Source: an uncultured Clostridia bacterium (GTDB lineage: Bacteria; Acidobacteriota; Blastocatellia; UBA7656). From it: a stretch of DNA of 64,000 nt. The stretch lies in the NCBI GenBank assembly GCA_964468725.1, contig CAYXVU010000002.1, forward strand, positions 993-64,992, written 5' to 3'. A model generated the notes under the pieces. It was not told the origin of the DNA and did not search any database. It saw only the letters and a program-made list of their open reading frames with translations. Positions 11,356 to 20,797 of this stretch are shown here, in pieces. Every line of letters begins with the position of its first letter. The stretch's first letter is position 1. The translations under genes and the position numbers were made by a program.

Positions 11356-11675
11356 TTGGCGGCAACTCCATTGAGTCGGGCGAAACCGGAATCTTGATAG
11401 CAGCCAGCCCCTTGACAGACCAAATTGCAAAGCAAGGTGCGCGGAACTGTGCAGCGCGGTTTGCCGGACTCCGTAGGGCATTATGCGCTCTCTGCGGCGA
11501 TGGCTCAAAGGCGCAAGGGAGAAAATAGTATTGCCCTTACGGGTGACATCGCATATCTTTGGAACACCCCGCCCCGCAACACGATAGCTGCCCGGCGGTG
11601 CCCCTATTCCGATCATCAAACCCCTGCGAAAAGGCAACCTCTCGATTCGTCTTCAACTTCGCAGCAGGAGACCGA

Positions 11676-12878
11676 ATGAGTTTCTTCGACCTTCACCCGA
11701 TACTCGAAAAGATGCTGGCCGTCGCCGACAATATCTCGGATCTGAACTTTTCCGTGGGACGACCGCCGCAGGTCGAAATCAACGGCAAACTCTCGCCCGT
11801 CGAAGTCAAAGGATTGCGCACGCTGACCCCCTATCAAACCGAGATCATTGCTATGTCCTTGATGGAAGGCAACACCGATGCGGCTCGGCGGTTTGTCCAA
11901 ACCGGCTCGGCCGACATCAGCTATTCGGTGCAAAACAAAGTCCGATTTCGCGTCAACATCTTCAAGCAGAAAGGGGCAATTTCAATCGTCATGCGGGTCA
12001 TTCCGACTTACATCCCGACGATTGAAAGCTTGGTGTTGCCGCCGCAACTAGGCGAGGTCTCGAATCTGAAAAACGGCATTGTGCTACTGACCGGCCCGAC
12101 CGGATCGGGGAAATCTTCGACGCTGGCTGCCATCATAGACAAAATTAATAACGAGCACAGCTATCATATTGTTACCATCGAAGACCCGATTGAATTTCTG
12201 CATTCGCACAAACGCTCGACCATCAATCAACGCGAGTTGGGAACCGACACGCCGACCTTCGCGCTCGGCTTGCGTGCCGCGCTCAGACAAGCGCCGAAAG
12301 TGATTCTCGTCGGCGAGATGCGCGATATGGAAACAACGGAAATCGCTCTGGAGGCTTCGGAAACCGGCCATCTGGTCTTGTCCACGCTGCATACGACCGA
12401 TGCTTCAAAGACCGTCAATCGCATCATCGGCATCTATCCGAAATCCGAAGAGCACGTCATTCGCACACGCATGGCACAAGCCTTTCGCTACATCGTCTCG
12501 CAACGCCTGATTCCGCGCGCCGATGGCAACGGGCGGATTGCCGCGGTCGAGATTTTGAAATCAACGGCGCGCACCCGCGAATACATCGAACAAGGCGAGA
12601 TCGAAGGCCGTACGTTGCTCGAAGCTATGCAAGACGGCGAGTTGGAAGGCATGCAACACTTCGATCAAGTCATCGAACGGATGATTCGCAGTGGCGTCAT
12701 CACCCAAGAAGATGGGCTCGCCTTTGCATCGAACTCCTCAAATCTGTTGTTGCGGTTGTCGGGGCTTGGCACCTCTGACGATATGCTGAGTCGCCGCGAA
12801 GAACGCCACTATATGCCGCCCAAATCGGTAGACAGCCTGCTGCGTATGCGGATTGGCGACCCGACCGTCGAACGATGA
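11676..12878 (+). CDS. pilT: Type IV pilus retraction ATPase PilT
   Basis: Walker A GPTGSGKSST and the PilT-family motifs HIVTIEDPIEF and VLVGEMRD. The start was placed at MSFFDLHPILEKM. Confidence 0.8.
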   Translation: MSFFDLHPILEKMLAVADNISDLNFSVGRPPQVEINGKLSPVEVKGLRTLTPYQTEIIAMSLMEGNTDAARRFVQTGSADISYSVQNKVRFRVNIFKQKGAISIVMRVIPTYIPTIESLVLPPQLGEVSNLKNGIVLLTGPTGSGKSSTLAAIIDKINNEHSYHIVTIEDPIEFLHSHKRSTINQRELGTDTPTFALGLRAALRQAPKVILVGEMRDMETTEIALEASETGHLVLSTLHTTDASKTVNRIIGIYPKSEEHVIRTRMAQAFRYIVSQRLIPRADGNGRIAAVEILKSTARTREYIEQGEIEGRTLLEAMQDGELEGMQHFDQVIERMIRSGVITQEDGLAFASNSSNLLLRLSGLGTSDDMLSRREERHYMPPKSVDSLLRMRIGDPTVER

Positions 12879-13020
12879 GGAGGACGGCTTCCGGTCTCTC
12901 GTTTCCGGTCGCTCCTCAAGCAAACCGGAATCGCGAGCGCGACGAATGCCCAAATAATCGGCAGCCGGAAACCGGAAACGAGCAACCAGAAATGAGCAAC
13001 CCGGAGAGTGGAGAAGACCG

Positions 13021-13731
13021 ATGATTGCAAATTGTCCGCAGTGCGGAATGAGCATGAATTTTGATGACGAGCGGTTGCCAACCGATTCGTTCAATGTCCT
13101 GTGTCCACGCTGTCGGCAAAACGTGACCGTCACGCCGCCGCCGAAAGAGGAGCCGCGTTTGCCGGGAACGACCGGCGCCCTTGAACCGCTGCTTGATGGC
13201 GCACCGCTGCCCGCCGATACTGACCCGCTGCGCACCTTAGTCGAGATGTTGCTCAAAGGCTTGGGACAAGGGCAACCGACGACGGGGCAGGCGACGAAGT
13301 TTCAACGGCGGCGCGTATTGCTCTGCTTCGATGATGCCAAACTGAGAGAGCAAGTGCGCAGAGCCTTGGAGGCGACGCGCTACGAAGTCTTTTCCGCAGA
13401 CCTTGCGCCCGAAGCCATCGAGATTCTGCACGAATCGCGCGCCGATGTGATCGTCCTCAGCCCGAACTTCGATTCCGAGCATCAGGGCGGCGGTGCGATG
13501 ATGCATTATGTCAACAGCCTGACGCCGCAAGCGCGTCGCCGCACCTATGTGGTGTTGGTATCGCCGCAACTGAGAACCCTCGATACCTACCTTGCCTTCG
13601 CCAATGGTGTGAATCTGACGGTTCATCCGGAGGACGCAGACGCCTTTCAATCCATCTTCGAACGCAGCGTCCGCGACTTCAACGAACTCTATAGGCCGCT
13701 CAATCAGGTGACGGCGGTGGCGCCGTTTTGA
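13021..13731 (+). CDS. MJ0042-type zinc-ribbon protein with a C-terminal pseudo-receiver (CheY-like) domain
   Basis: CPQCG...CPRC at the N-terminus. The receiver-like fold (RRVLLCFDD ... ADVIVLSPNFD) has Ser where the phospho-acceptor Asp is expected. Confidence 0.5.
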   Translation: MIANCPQCGMSMNFDDERLPTDSFNVLCPRCRQNVTVTPPPKEEPRLPGTTGALEPLLDGAPLPADTDPLRTLVEMLLKGLGQGQPTTGQATKFQRRRVLLCFDDAKLREQVRRALEATRYEVFSADLAPEAIEILHESRADVIVLSPNFDSEHQGGGAMMHYVNSLTPQARRRTYVVLVSPQLRTLDTYLAFANGVNLTVHPEDADAFQSIFERSVRDFNELYRPLNQVTAVAPF

Positions 13732-13841
13732 GGCCACGCCTTGACCGAGCTTTCGACTTCCCCTGTATGTTCCAGATGGTTTATGGTAGATTGCGTGAGC
13801 GCGAAAAGCCTCAACGTAGGGGCGATTGGCAAAGGCTGTAG

Positions 13842-13915
13842 GGGCCGTTAGCTCAGATGGATAGAGCACCGGTCTTCGGAACCGGGGGTCGGGGGTTCGA
13901 ATCCCTCACGGCCCG
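13842..13915 (+). tRNA. tRNA-Arg (anticodon TCG)
   Basis: A manual cloverleaf fold: acceptor GGGCCGT/ACGGCCC, D-arm GCTC/GAGC, anticodon stem CCGGT/ACCGG, loop CTTCGGA, T-arm GGGGG-TTCGAAT-CCCTC. Confidence 0.8.
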
Positions 13916-14076
13916 TTGCCCTCTTCTCAGCCGTTTGCAGGCTGCCCGATCTGTAAAGTCCTAAATGGAGTTTTGCGTTTCCCGCTGTGATCGGCGCGCA
14001 ATGAAGGGCAAGACGCGCGTTCAACAAATTGATTCAGCCTGACCCGGTACTTTGAAACCCTCCAAAGGAGGAGGCT

Positions 14077-15120
14077 ATGGCGAGCGGCAAACGCATTATC
14101 CTGTTGATCGGACTGGTCTGGTTGATTGGCTCTGCTCCGAGCGCGCTCGGTAAAGACCTGCAAAACAAAAACGTTAAAGAAAAGTTCTTTAACAACCACA
14201 ACGTGATTAACGTTGTAGACGATTTTCTCGCCTACTGGACGGTGGCCGAAGGTCAACCCCTGCGCTACCAACGACGCTTGTGGACGCAGATGGTCGAACG
14301 CAAGCACAAAGACTATTTTGAACGAGCGGTGTATCAAAATCTCGATCATTCTGCTCGGCGCGCCCTATTGGATCGGTTTCTCTTGCTGGTGCCGGAGCGC
14401 ATTGTGGCGATTCGCGAAATGAATCGCTTGCTCTCCGAGCCGAATTCCGGCCCGCTCGTCGAATCGCTCATCTATTTCTGCTGGCGCTATCCCGACTTTC
14501 GGCTCCAACGCGACATCTATATCGGATTGAGCCTGTTTCGCTTTGACGGTTCTGTGCGCCCGGTGGGCAACGAATTGGGCATCCCCGACACACTTTGTCT
14601 AGGGGTCGAAATGCTGACCGATTCCAAGCCGGAAAAGGTTCGCGTAACCGTCGCGCACGAACTGTTTCATCTCTATCACTTCGGCTTTCTCTTTCAAAAC
14701 CCGTTTGCCTACGACTTTCGCACGCCGCACATTCCGCTGATGGTCGAAGGGATGGCGGTTGCCGCAACCGAACATATCTACTTTGCGCAGCCGAACACCC
14801 TGTATCTGAACTTCTCCGAAGCCGAGTTGTTGCGCCAACGTGATTTGCTGGCCAAAAGCAGCGGCGAATACCTGAATCTGATTCGCGAAAACGCGCTGCC
14901 AGAGCGCTACGAGCAGTGGTTCATCAACCATCCGGTCGGCGACATCCCCTCGCGCGGCGGCTACTTGCTCGGTTATGAAATCGTCAAACGCCTGCTGCCT
15001 GCCTATTCGCTGGCGCAGATGGCGAGGATGAACGTCGCCGAACTGCGCGAACATTCCGAAGAGCAACTGCGCGCCATGTCGGGCAAGTCTGTGTTGGTTG
15101 TCGCTGGGGATCGCGACTAA
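14077..15120 (+). CDS. Secreted putative Zn-dependent peptidase (HExxH)
   Basis: Signal peptide, and motif HELFHLYHFGF. Confidence 0.45.
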   Translation: MASGKRIILLIGLVWLIGSAPSALGKDLQNKNVKEKFFNNHNVINVVDDFLAYWTVAEGQPLRYQRRLWTQMVERKHKDYFERAVYQNLDHSARRALLDRFLLLVPERIVAIREMNRLLSEPNSGPLVESLIYFCWRYPDFRLQRDIYIGLSLFRFDGSVRPVGNELGIPDTLCLGVEMLTDSKPEKVRVTVAHELFHLYHFGFLFQNPFAYDFRTPHIPLMVEGMAVAATEHIYFAQPNTLYLNFSEAELLRQRDLLAKSSGEYLNLIRENALPERYEQWFINHPVGDIPSRGGYLLGYEIVKRLLPAYSLAQMARMNVAELREHSEEQLRAMSGKSVLVVAGDRD

Positions 15121-15250
15121 CCTGCCGTACCGGCCTGCCTATTTGACTGGCCAATCACTGGCCGATACAATCCGCCTTCGCATTACCGCCAAATGATAAT
15201 CGCGGAGAGCCATTCTCCGACCATCCCGAACCGGCAAGGAGGAATCATCT

Positions 15251-16408
15251 GTGGACGAATTATTAACGAAAGAGAATTTGCAATACCGCGAGATGGCGCG
15301 CGAGATTGCGCAAAAACATGTGCGCCCGATTGCCGCCGAGCTAGACCGCACGGGCGAATATCCATGGTCGGTCATTCAAGCCCTGCAAGAGATGGGAATG
15401 ATGGGCATGTGGATTCCAAAGGATTACGGCGGGTCGAGTTCGGGGCTGCTCAATCTGTGCATCGTCTGCGAAGAGATTTCGCGCGCTTGCGGCGGCATTG
15501 GCTGCACCTATGTCGTCAATGCGCTCGGCTCCTTTCCCATTATCCTCGGCGGCACCGAAGAGCAGAAGAAGAAGTACTTGCCGGAGATCGCTGCCGGTCG
15601 CAAACTTATCTCCTTCTGTTTATCGGAGAAGAATGCCGGTTCGGATGCCGGAAGCCTCTCGACGCGCGCTGACCGCGACGGCGACGAATACGTCATCAAC
15701 GGCGATAAGAAATGGACGACCAATGGCGCGGCAGCCAGTCTCTACACCGTATTTGCCACCGTCAACCCTGAGCGCGGCACGCGCGGCGTGACCGGCTTCA
15801 TCGTCGAACGTGAAACGCGCGGCTTCACACTCGGCAAGCGCGAAGATTTGATGGGCATTCGTTGCGTGCCAGTCAACGAGACGCATTTCAAAGATTGCCG
15901 CGTGCCTGCTGATAATCTGCTCGGCGGGGCGGAAGGGCGCGGCTTCAAACACGCCATGATGACGCTTGATGTTGCGCGTCCGTTCGTCGCCGCGCAAGGC
16001 GTCGGCATCGCACAAGGCGCCCTCGATTTGGCGCTCGAATATACCAAAAATCGCCAGCAGTTCGGCCAGTCAATCGCTTCCTTTCAGGGCATTCAATTCA
16101 TGCTCGCTGATATGGCCACGCAGGTTGAAGCCGCGCGACAATTGGTCTATGCTGCGGCTCGCGCGGTCGATGCGGGTGCCAAAGATGTGTCAAAGATTTC
16201 GGCTATGTCGAAGGTCTTCGCAACCGATACCGCCATGCGCGTCGCTACCGATGCCGTACAGCTATTCGGCGGCTATGGCTACTGCCGCGACTACCCAGTA
16301 GAGAAATACATGCGCGATGCCAAGATCACGCAGATCTATGAAGGCACTAACCAGATTCAACGCATGGTGATCGGTCGCGCGCTGATCCGCGAAGGCGTAG
16401 CCGGTTAA
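15251..16408 (+). CDS. Acyl-CoA dehydrogenase (short/medium-chain type)
   Basis: ACAD family features throughout, including the C-terminal YEGTNQIQRMVI. It uses a GTG start. Confidence 0.8.
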   Translation: MDELLTKENLQYREMAREIAQKHVRPIAAELDRTGEYPWSVIQALQEMGMMGMWIPKDYGGSSSGLLNLCIVCEEISRACGGIGCTYVVNALGSFPIILGGTEEQKKKYLPEIAAGRKLISFCLSEKNAGSDAGSLSTRADRDGDEYVINGDKKWTTNGAAASLYTVFATVNPERGTRGVTGFIVERETRGFTLGKREDLMGIRCVPVNETHFKDCRVPADNLLGGAEGRGFKHAMMTLDVARPFVAAQGVGIAQGALDLALEYTKNRQQFGQSIASFQGIQFMLADMATQVEAARQLVYAAARAVDAGAKDVSKISAMSKVFATDTAMRVATDAVQLFGGYGYCRDYPVEKYMRDAKITQIYEGTNQIQRMVIGRALIREGVAG

Positions 16409-16733
16409 GCGGCCTTCGATTTTTCACTCTGTCCGGGCGCACAGCAAAACTAAAGTTTGCAAGAAAATGGAAGCGATACTATTTTTTGCTTTTTCAAGAG
16501 AGCCAGGTTCTCAAAAAAGAGTTTTTTGGTATAGTGCCGCGCAACTCGGCAACCATGAGGGAATTTGGATTGTGGCTGTCAAATAACCTCCTCTTCTTCT
16601 TTGGTTGAGGGACACAACCATTGAAGGGACGCAGAAAAACGGAAGCGGCAACTCGCCAGAGTAGCCCTTCCGTATTTTTTTGTAAAAAATTGAAAAACGC
16701 CGCCATGAATTATCTCCGCAAAAAAGCCTTTGA

Positions 16734-16762
16734 TTGACATTCACTAGGGGCAGTCCTAGAAT
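16734..16762 (+). promoter_or_regulatory. Near-consensus sigma70-type promoter, TTGACA-N17-TAGAAT
   Basis: It was read directly from the sequence. It lies about 300 nt upstream of the ATG at 17070. Confidence 0.45.
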
Positions 16763-17069
16763 TTTCCCACTCACTATGCGGCGGGGTACGTTTTCGGGCC
16801 GTTGACGAGCGCCAGCAAATCCGCAAGCCGAGGGGAAAGAGGTCAACCCCCACTCGCCGAACGTGAAACGCAGCACACAGCCGAGTGAAGTCCAAATAGG
16901 TCGTCAGCTAGGGCTGTTGCGAAGAGCGAAACGTGATTCAATGCGGGGCCCCTGAATCGAGCGAGTCGAGATCCGAAAGACCTTGAGCGCATTGAGTCTG
17001 CCAATTGGCAACCGTCGGGAATATCTCGACCGCTAAGGGTGGATTTCACAGACCGAAGGGATACTGATC

Positions 17070-18779
17070 ATGAAGCAAACGAGTATCGAGGTCGCCAAAT
17101 TGACCAGTGGATGTAGCCAGTTTTGTTATTTTGTTCAGGGGGCTATCCCGTCTCAACTGCACCGAGCTGCCAATCGGACGACTCGACAGCGCATCGCCCG
17201 GCGGCTCTTCGCCGCGCTGGCAGCCCTCGCCTTCGTTGCTGTGCTGGTAGGGACGCCCGCGTCATTGGCAAAGGCGGACACGGACAAACCGGAAAAAATT
17301 CTCAAGCAAGCGACGAAATCCATCCGCTCCGGCAAGTTCGAGCAGGCCATTGAACTTTACAAAACACTGTTGGCGCAGGACTCGCAAAACCTCTCCGCTC
17401 ATCTGGGAATCGCGCTCACCTATTTGAAGATGTTGGATTATGCCTCCTGCCATGAGCATGCCCAAGAGGCGTTAAAGATTGACGAGAAGAGTGCCCGCGC
17501 CCATGCTTTGGCGGGCATGGCTTTGTTGCGGTCGGGTTATGTTGCCAATGCCATTGTGCAACTGAACGAAGCCTTCAAATTCAACTCGAAAGAGTCATTG
17601 GCTTTTGGCGCGGCGGCGGAGATTGATTACTACGAAGGGCGCTCGAAAGATTCGCGCCAGAAAGCCCTTTTCGCTTATTACCTCGACCCCTACGAACCCG
17701 ATTTTCTTATCACGGTTGCCCGCGCCTCCTCCCGCCTTGAACTCTTTGCCGAAGCTGCCGAAGCCTATGACCGCTTTCTGCGCATTGCGCCACGCACCGA
17801 TGCGGAACGCCGGGATCGCATTCGCGGGCTGATCGAGTTTTATCGCCATCTGGCGGGGCTGCGCGTTCATCAGGTCAATGCGCCACCGGTTACCGATATT
17901 CCTTTCAAACTGGGCACCGATCGCCGCCCCTACTTGAAGCTCAAAATCAATGGCCGCGATGCCATATTTGTCATTGACACAGGGTCAGGGTTTACCGTCA
18001 TCTCCAAAGAGGCCGCGAAGAAGTTTGGCGTGTCGGAGATCGCGCGCGGCGGCAACTCGCAAGGGTTCGGCGGCACGGGCAAATTCCCTATCGTTTACGG
18101 ACTGATTAAATCGCTCGAAATGGGCGACGTAAAGATCAAATCCGTCCCCTGCTTTATCCGCGTCTTTCACGGCATGCAAGAGCGCCCGATTGACGAACGC
18201 GCTGATGGCTTTATCGGCCTTTCCATTCTCTCGCACTTCATCACCGAGTTGGATTACAAAGGCAACCTGATTCGGTTAGACACCAATGTTAACCAAGACA
18301 TCGCTGCGACTCCCTCTCCTGATGTGACGGTGGTGCCATTCCGCACGACGCAAAACGGTCTCATCAGCATCGAGACCCAACTCGATGGCGGACATCGGGT
18401 CAACGCCATACTCGATTCGGGAGCCAGCTCGACGGCCATTTCGATAGCGGCGATTGATCGTCTCAACCTGCGCAGCAACATTATCAAAGGCCAGTTTGCG
18501 CGCGTTAGCGGAGCTGCTGGCATCGCGGAGAATGTCGAATTGATCTTCTTACGAAATTGCAAAGTCGCCGACCTCGAACATAACAACGTGCGCGCGCTAG
18601 TGTTGGATTTTGGGGCAGTCAACGAGACCAGCGGCTTCGAACAGAGCGGCATTCTGGGCGGTGACTTTCTCAGAAACTTTCGGGTGAAGATTGATTTCAA
18701 TCGCACGCTCGTCGCCTTGCAACCACATACGCCGCTGCCGCCCAAGCCATTGCCCGACAAGCAAGAGAATGAGCCATAG
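17070..18779 (+). CDS. TPR-repeat protein with two tandem retropepsin-like aspartic peptidase domains
   Basis: A signal/TM segment and TPR repeats. There are two DTG/DSG active-site motifs, VIDTGSGFTVIS and ILDSGASSTAIS. Confidence 0.6.
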   Translation: MKQTSIEVAKLTSGCSQFCYFVQGAIPSQLHRAANRTTRQRIARRLFAALAALAFVAVLVGTPASLAKADTDKPEKILKQATKSIRSGKFEQAIELYKTLLAQDSQNLSAHLGIALTYLKMLDYASCHEHAQEALKIDEKSARAHALAGMALLRSGYVANAIVQLNEAFKFNSKESLAFGAAAEIDYYEGRSKDSRQKALFAYYLDPYEPDFLITVARASSRLELFAEAAEAYDRFLRIAPRTDAERRDRIRGLIEFYRHLAGLRVHQVNAPPVTDIPFKLGTDRRPYLKLKINGRDAIFVIDTGSGFTVISKEAAKKFGVSEIARGGNSQGFGGTGKFPIVYGLIKSLEMGDVKIKSVPCFIRVFHGMQERPIDERADGFIGLSILSHFITELDYKGNLIRLDTNVNQDIAATPSPDVTVVPFRTTQNGLISIETQLDGGHRVNAILDSGASSTAISIAAIDRLNLRSNIIKGQFARVSGAAGIAENVELIFLRNCKVADLEHNNVRALVLDFGAVNETSGFEQSGILGGDFLRNFRVKIDFNRTLVALQPHTPLPPKPLPDKQENEP

Positions 18780-18866
18780 TCGAACGGAACGAGAGTTTCT
18801 ACCTCGACCCCGCGCCGCGCTGTGTTAGAATTCACAGCGCGGCTTTGATTTTCTTGAGCGGATTTT

Positions 18867-19331
18867 ATGAAGAAGAGCCTGTATCTGGAGACCTCCGTCA
18901 TCGGCGCCTACCTCGACAACGGCGAACCTTTTCGCCGCGACTTGACAATCCGTTGGTGGGAGCACGAGTTGGCCGATTACCAACCCTTTATCTCTACCTT
19001 GGTAGTGCGCGAGTTGGAGCGTATGAAAGAGCCGCACCGCTCGGCTTATCTCAAATTGGTGCGCGATATGCCGCAATCGGAGATGAGCGATGAAGCCGCT
19101 ATTCTTGCAGAAGGCTATGTCTCGCGCGGCATCTTTCATCGCAAGTACATCAGCAATGCGCTCCACATTGCTGTCGCTTCGGTCAATAAAGCCGATATGC
19201 TGGTGACGTGGGATTTCGGCCACATCGCCAGCGTGCATCGGCAATCGCGCTTGCAGTTGTTCAATACGGTTGCCGGGTTCTTCATGCCGATGATCGTGAC
19301 GCCGGAATTTTTAGTGAAAGCGGAATTTTGA
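18867..19331 (+). CDS. PIN-domain protein (VapC-like)
   Basis: LYLETSVI near the N-terminus, and HIAVASVNKADMLVTWDFGHI near the C-terminus. Confidence 0.45.
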   Translation: MKKSLYLETSVIGAYLDNGEPFRRDLTIRWWEHELADYQPFISTLVVRELERMKEPHRSAYLKLVRDMPQSEMSDEAAILAEGYVSRGIFHRKYISNALHIAVASVNKADMLVTWDFGHIASVHRQSRLQLFNTVAGFFMPMIVTPEFLVKAEF

Positions 19332-19369
19332 ACCCGATTGATTGTCTGTCGTCCGTTGACGGTTGATCC

Positions 19370-19594
19370 ATGACCCTTGACCTTATGTATCGTAAACCGA
19401 GATTTTTGGAAGAACTGCATGCCATCCGCGAAGAGATGTCGCGCGAATGCGATTATGACGTAGACCTCTTTGTCGAGATGGTGCGCTCCGGGAAGCGACC
19501 TAACTATGGCCCGGTGAAAAATCTACGCGGCGTGCGCTTGCGCGCCCCCAAATTCACGGAAGAACAGACCTTTTCAGGTGGCGGCAATGATTAA
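19370..19594 (+). CDS. Small hypothetical protein of 74 aa downstream of the PIN gene
   Basis: ORF only. It overlaps the start of the next gene by 17 nt. Confidence 0.25.
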   Translation: MTLDLMYRKPRFLEELHAIREEMSRECDYDVDLFVEMVRSGKRPNYGPVKNLRGVRLRAPKFTEEQTFSGGGND

Positions 19595-20669
19595 ACGAAT
19601 GCTTTCGATCCTTACCCTGCTGGGGCTCGGTTACCTCACCGTTTCGGCTAACGACCTCTCGGCGCAATCGCGCGATGACCGTCCGGCTGCGTCGCAAGGC
19701 AAATATGTGCTGCTCGACATCACAGAGATTGCCGAGCGCGTCAATCAGGTCGTCGTCAACGTGCGTTCGACCTCCGACGAAGGAGAGAGTTTGGGCAGCG
19801 GCTTCATCATTGATAAAGCCGGACTGATTATCACCAACTTCCATCTGATCTCCATCACCCCCTCACGGCGAGGCCTGCTGCAACGCGAAGGCGACGCCGA
19901 CCGCACTGCGAAACTGGCGACCAGTATCTCTGTCACCCTCAACGACGGACGCCATTTTCAAGCTTCGGTCAAAGGCTACGATGAAGCGACTGACCTCGCG
20001 CTCTTGCAGATTGTGCCCGACAGCAAACCGTTGCCGGTCGCCGAACTCGGCGACAGCGACGCCCTCAAAGTTGGCGAATGGGTGATTGCCATCGGCAATC
20101 CTCTGGGGTTAGATCACAGCGTCACCTTAGGCATCATCAGCGCCAAAGGTCGCACCGGATTTGGCGGTCAGTTCGATGATTTCTTGCAGACCGATGCCGC
20201 CATCAACCCCGGCAACTCTGGCGGCCCGCTCGTCAACTCGCAAGGCAAGATCGTCGGCATCAATACGCTGGTATTGGAGCGTTCGCAGGGCTTGAGCTTC
20301 TCCATTCCCATCAACACCCTCAAATCCATCCTGCCGCAACTGGCCGAACACGGGCGCGTGGCGCGCGGCTATCTCGGTATCGAGACTGTAGATTTGAACC
20401 CGACCTTACGCAATAACCTCAAACTGGCAATGGATGCCAAAGGGGTTGTCGTGGCGCGCGCCGAACGCGGCACGCCGGGGGCGCGCGCCGGTTTGCGGCA
20501 AAACGATGTCATCGTCACAGTTGACCGCGAAGTGGTGACTTCCTACGTGCAGTTCAACCGCATCATCGCCGCCAAAGCGCCGGGCACGAAGGTCAACATT
20601 CAAATCGTGCGCGGTGGGCGCGAATATCCCTTGACAGTCGAAATCGGAGAAGAGGCCAAGTCGAAGTAA
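19578..20669 (+). CDS. HtrA/DegP-family serine endopeptidase with a PDZ domain
   Basis: Catalytic triad context HLIS..., D..., GNSGGPLVN. The C-terminal region is PDZ-like. Confidence 0.8.
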   Translation: MAAMIKRMLSILTLLGLGYLTVSANDLSAQSRDDRPAASQGKYVLLDITEIAERVNQVVVNVRSTSDEGESLGSGFIIDKAGLIITNFHLISITPSRRGLLQREGDADRTAKLATSISVTLNDGRHFQASVKGYDEATDLALLQIVPDSKPLPVAELGDSDALKVGEWVIAIGNPLGLDHSVTLGIISAKGRTGFGGQFDDFLQTDAAINPGNSGGPLVNSQGKIVGINTLVLERSQGLSFSIPINTLKSILPQLAEHGRVARGYLGIETVDLNPTLRNNLKLAMDAKGVVVARAERGTPGARAGLRQNDVIVTVDREVVTSYVQFNRIIAAKAPGTKVNIQIVRGGREYPLTVEIGEEAKSK

Positions 20670-20678
20670 AAGCTGAAA

Positions 20679-20713
20679 GGGTGAAGGGATGAGGGGATTA
20701 AGGGGTAAACGGG
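20679..20713 (+). repeat. Canonical G-quadruplex-forming motif, GGG-N4-GGG-N4-GGGG-N5-GGGG-N5-GGG
   Basis: It was read directly. It sits 10 nt downstream of the htrA stop. Confidence 0.6.
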
Positions 20714-20797
20714 TGAACAACTGGAAGAGGAGTGGCGAAGAGGTGATGGGATGATCCGAAAGGATGGTGGGCGGCAATAAATATTCTGACCTGTAAT

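Noticed and set aside
11559-11675. An N-terminal extension of pilT in the ORF track (MEHPAPQHDS...)
   Set aside because: The extension is low-complexity and overlaps the divergent promoter region. The canonical PilT N-terminus begins at MSFFDLHP (11676).
13237-13869. A 210-aa minus-strand ORF
   Set aside because: It lies entirely antisense to the zinc-ribbon/receiver CDS and runs into the tRNA-Arg. It is a typical spurious antisense ORF in GC-rich DNA.
13842-14076. tRNA-Arg as a possible integration hotspot
   Set aside because: No integrase, no direct repeat of the tRNA 3' end, and no compositional shift downstream. The neighbouring genes look native.
16409-17069. Possible RNase P RNA, tmRNA or SRP RNA in the large intergenic gap
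   Set aside because: No GGAAAGUCCGG or ACAGAACCCGGCUUA (RNase P), no tmRNA tag or 3' tRNA-like end, and no SRP domain-IV signature were seen. It is kept only as an unexplained leader in the findings.
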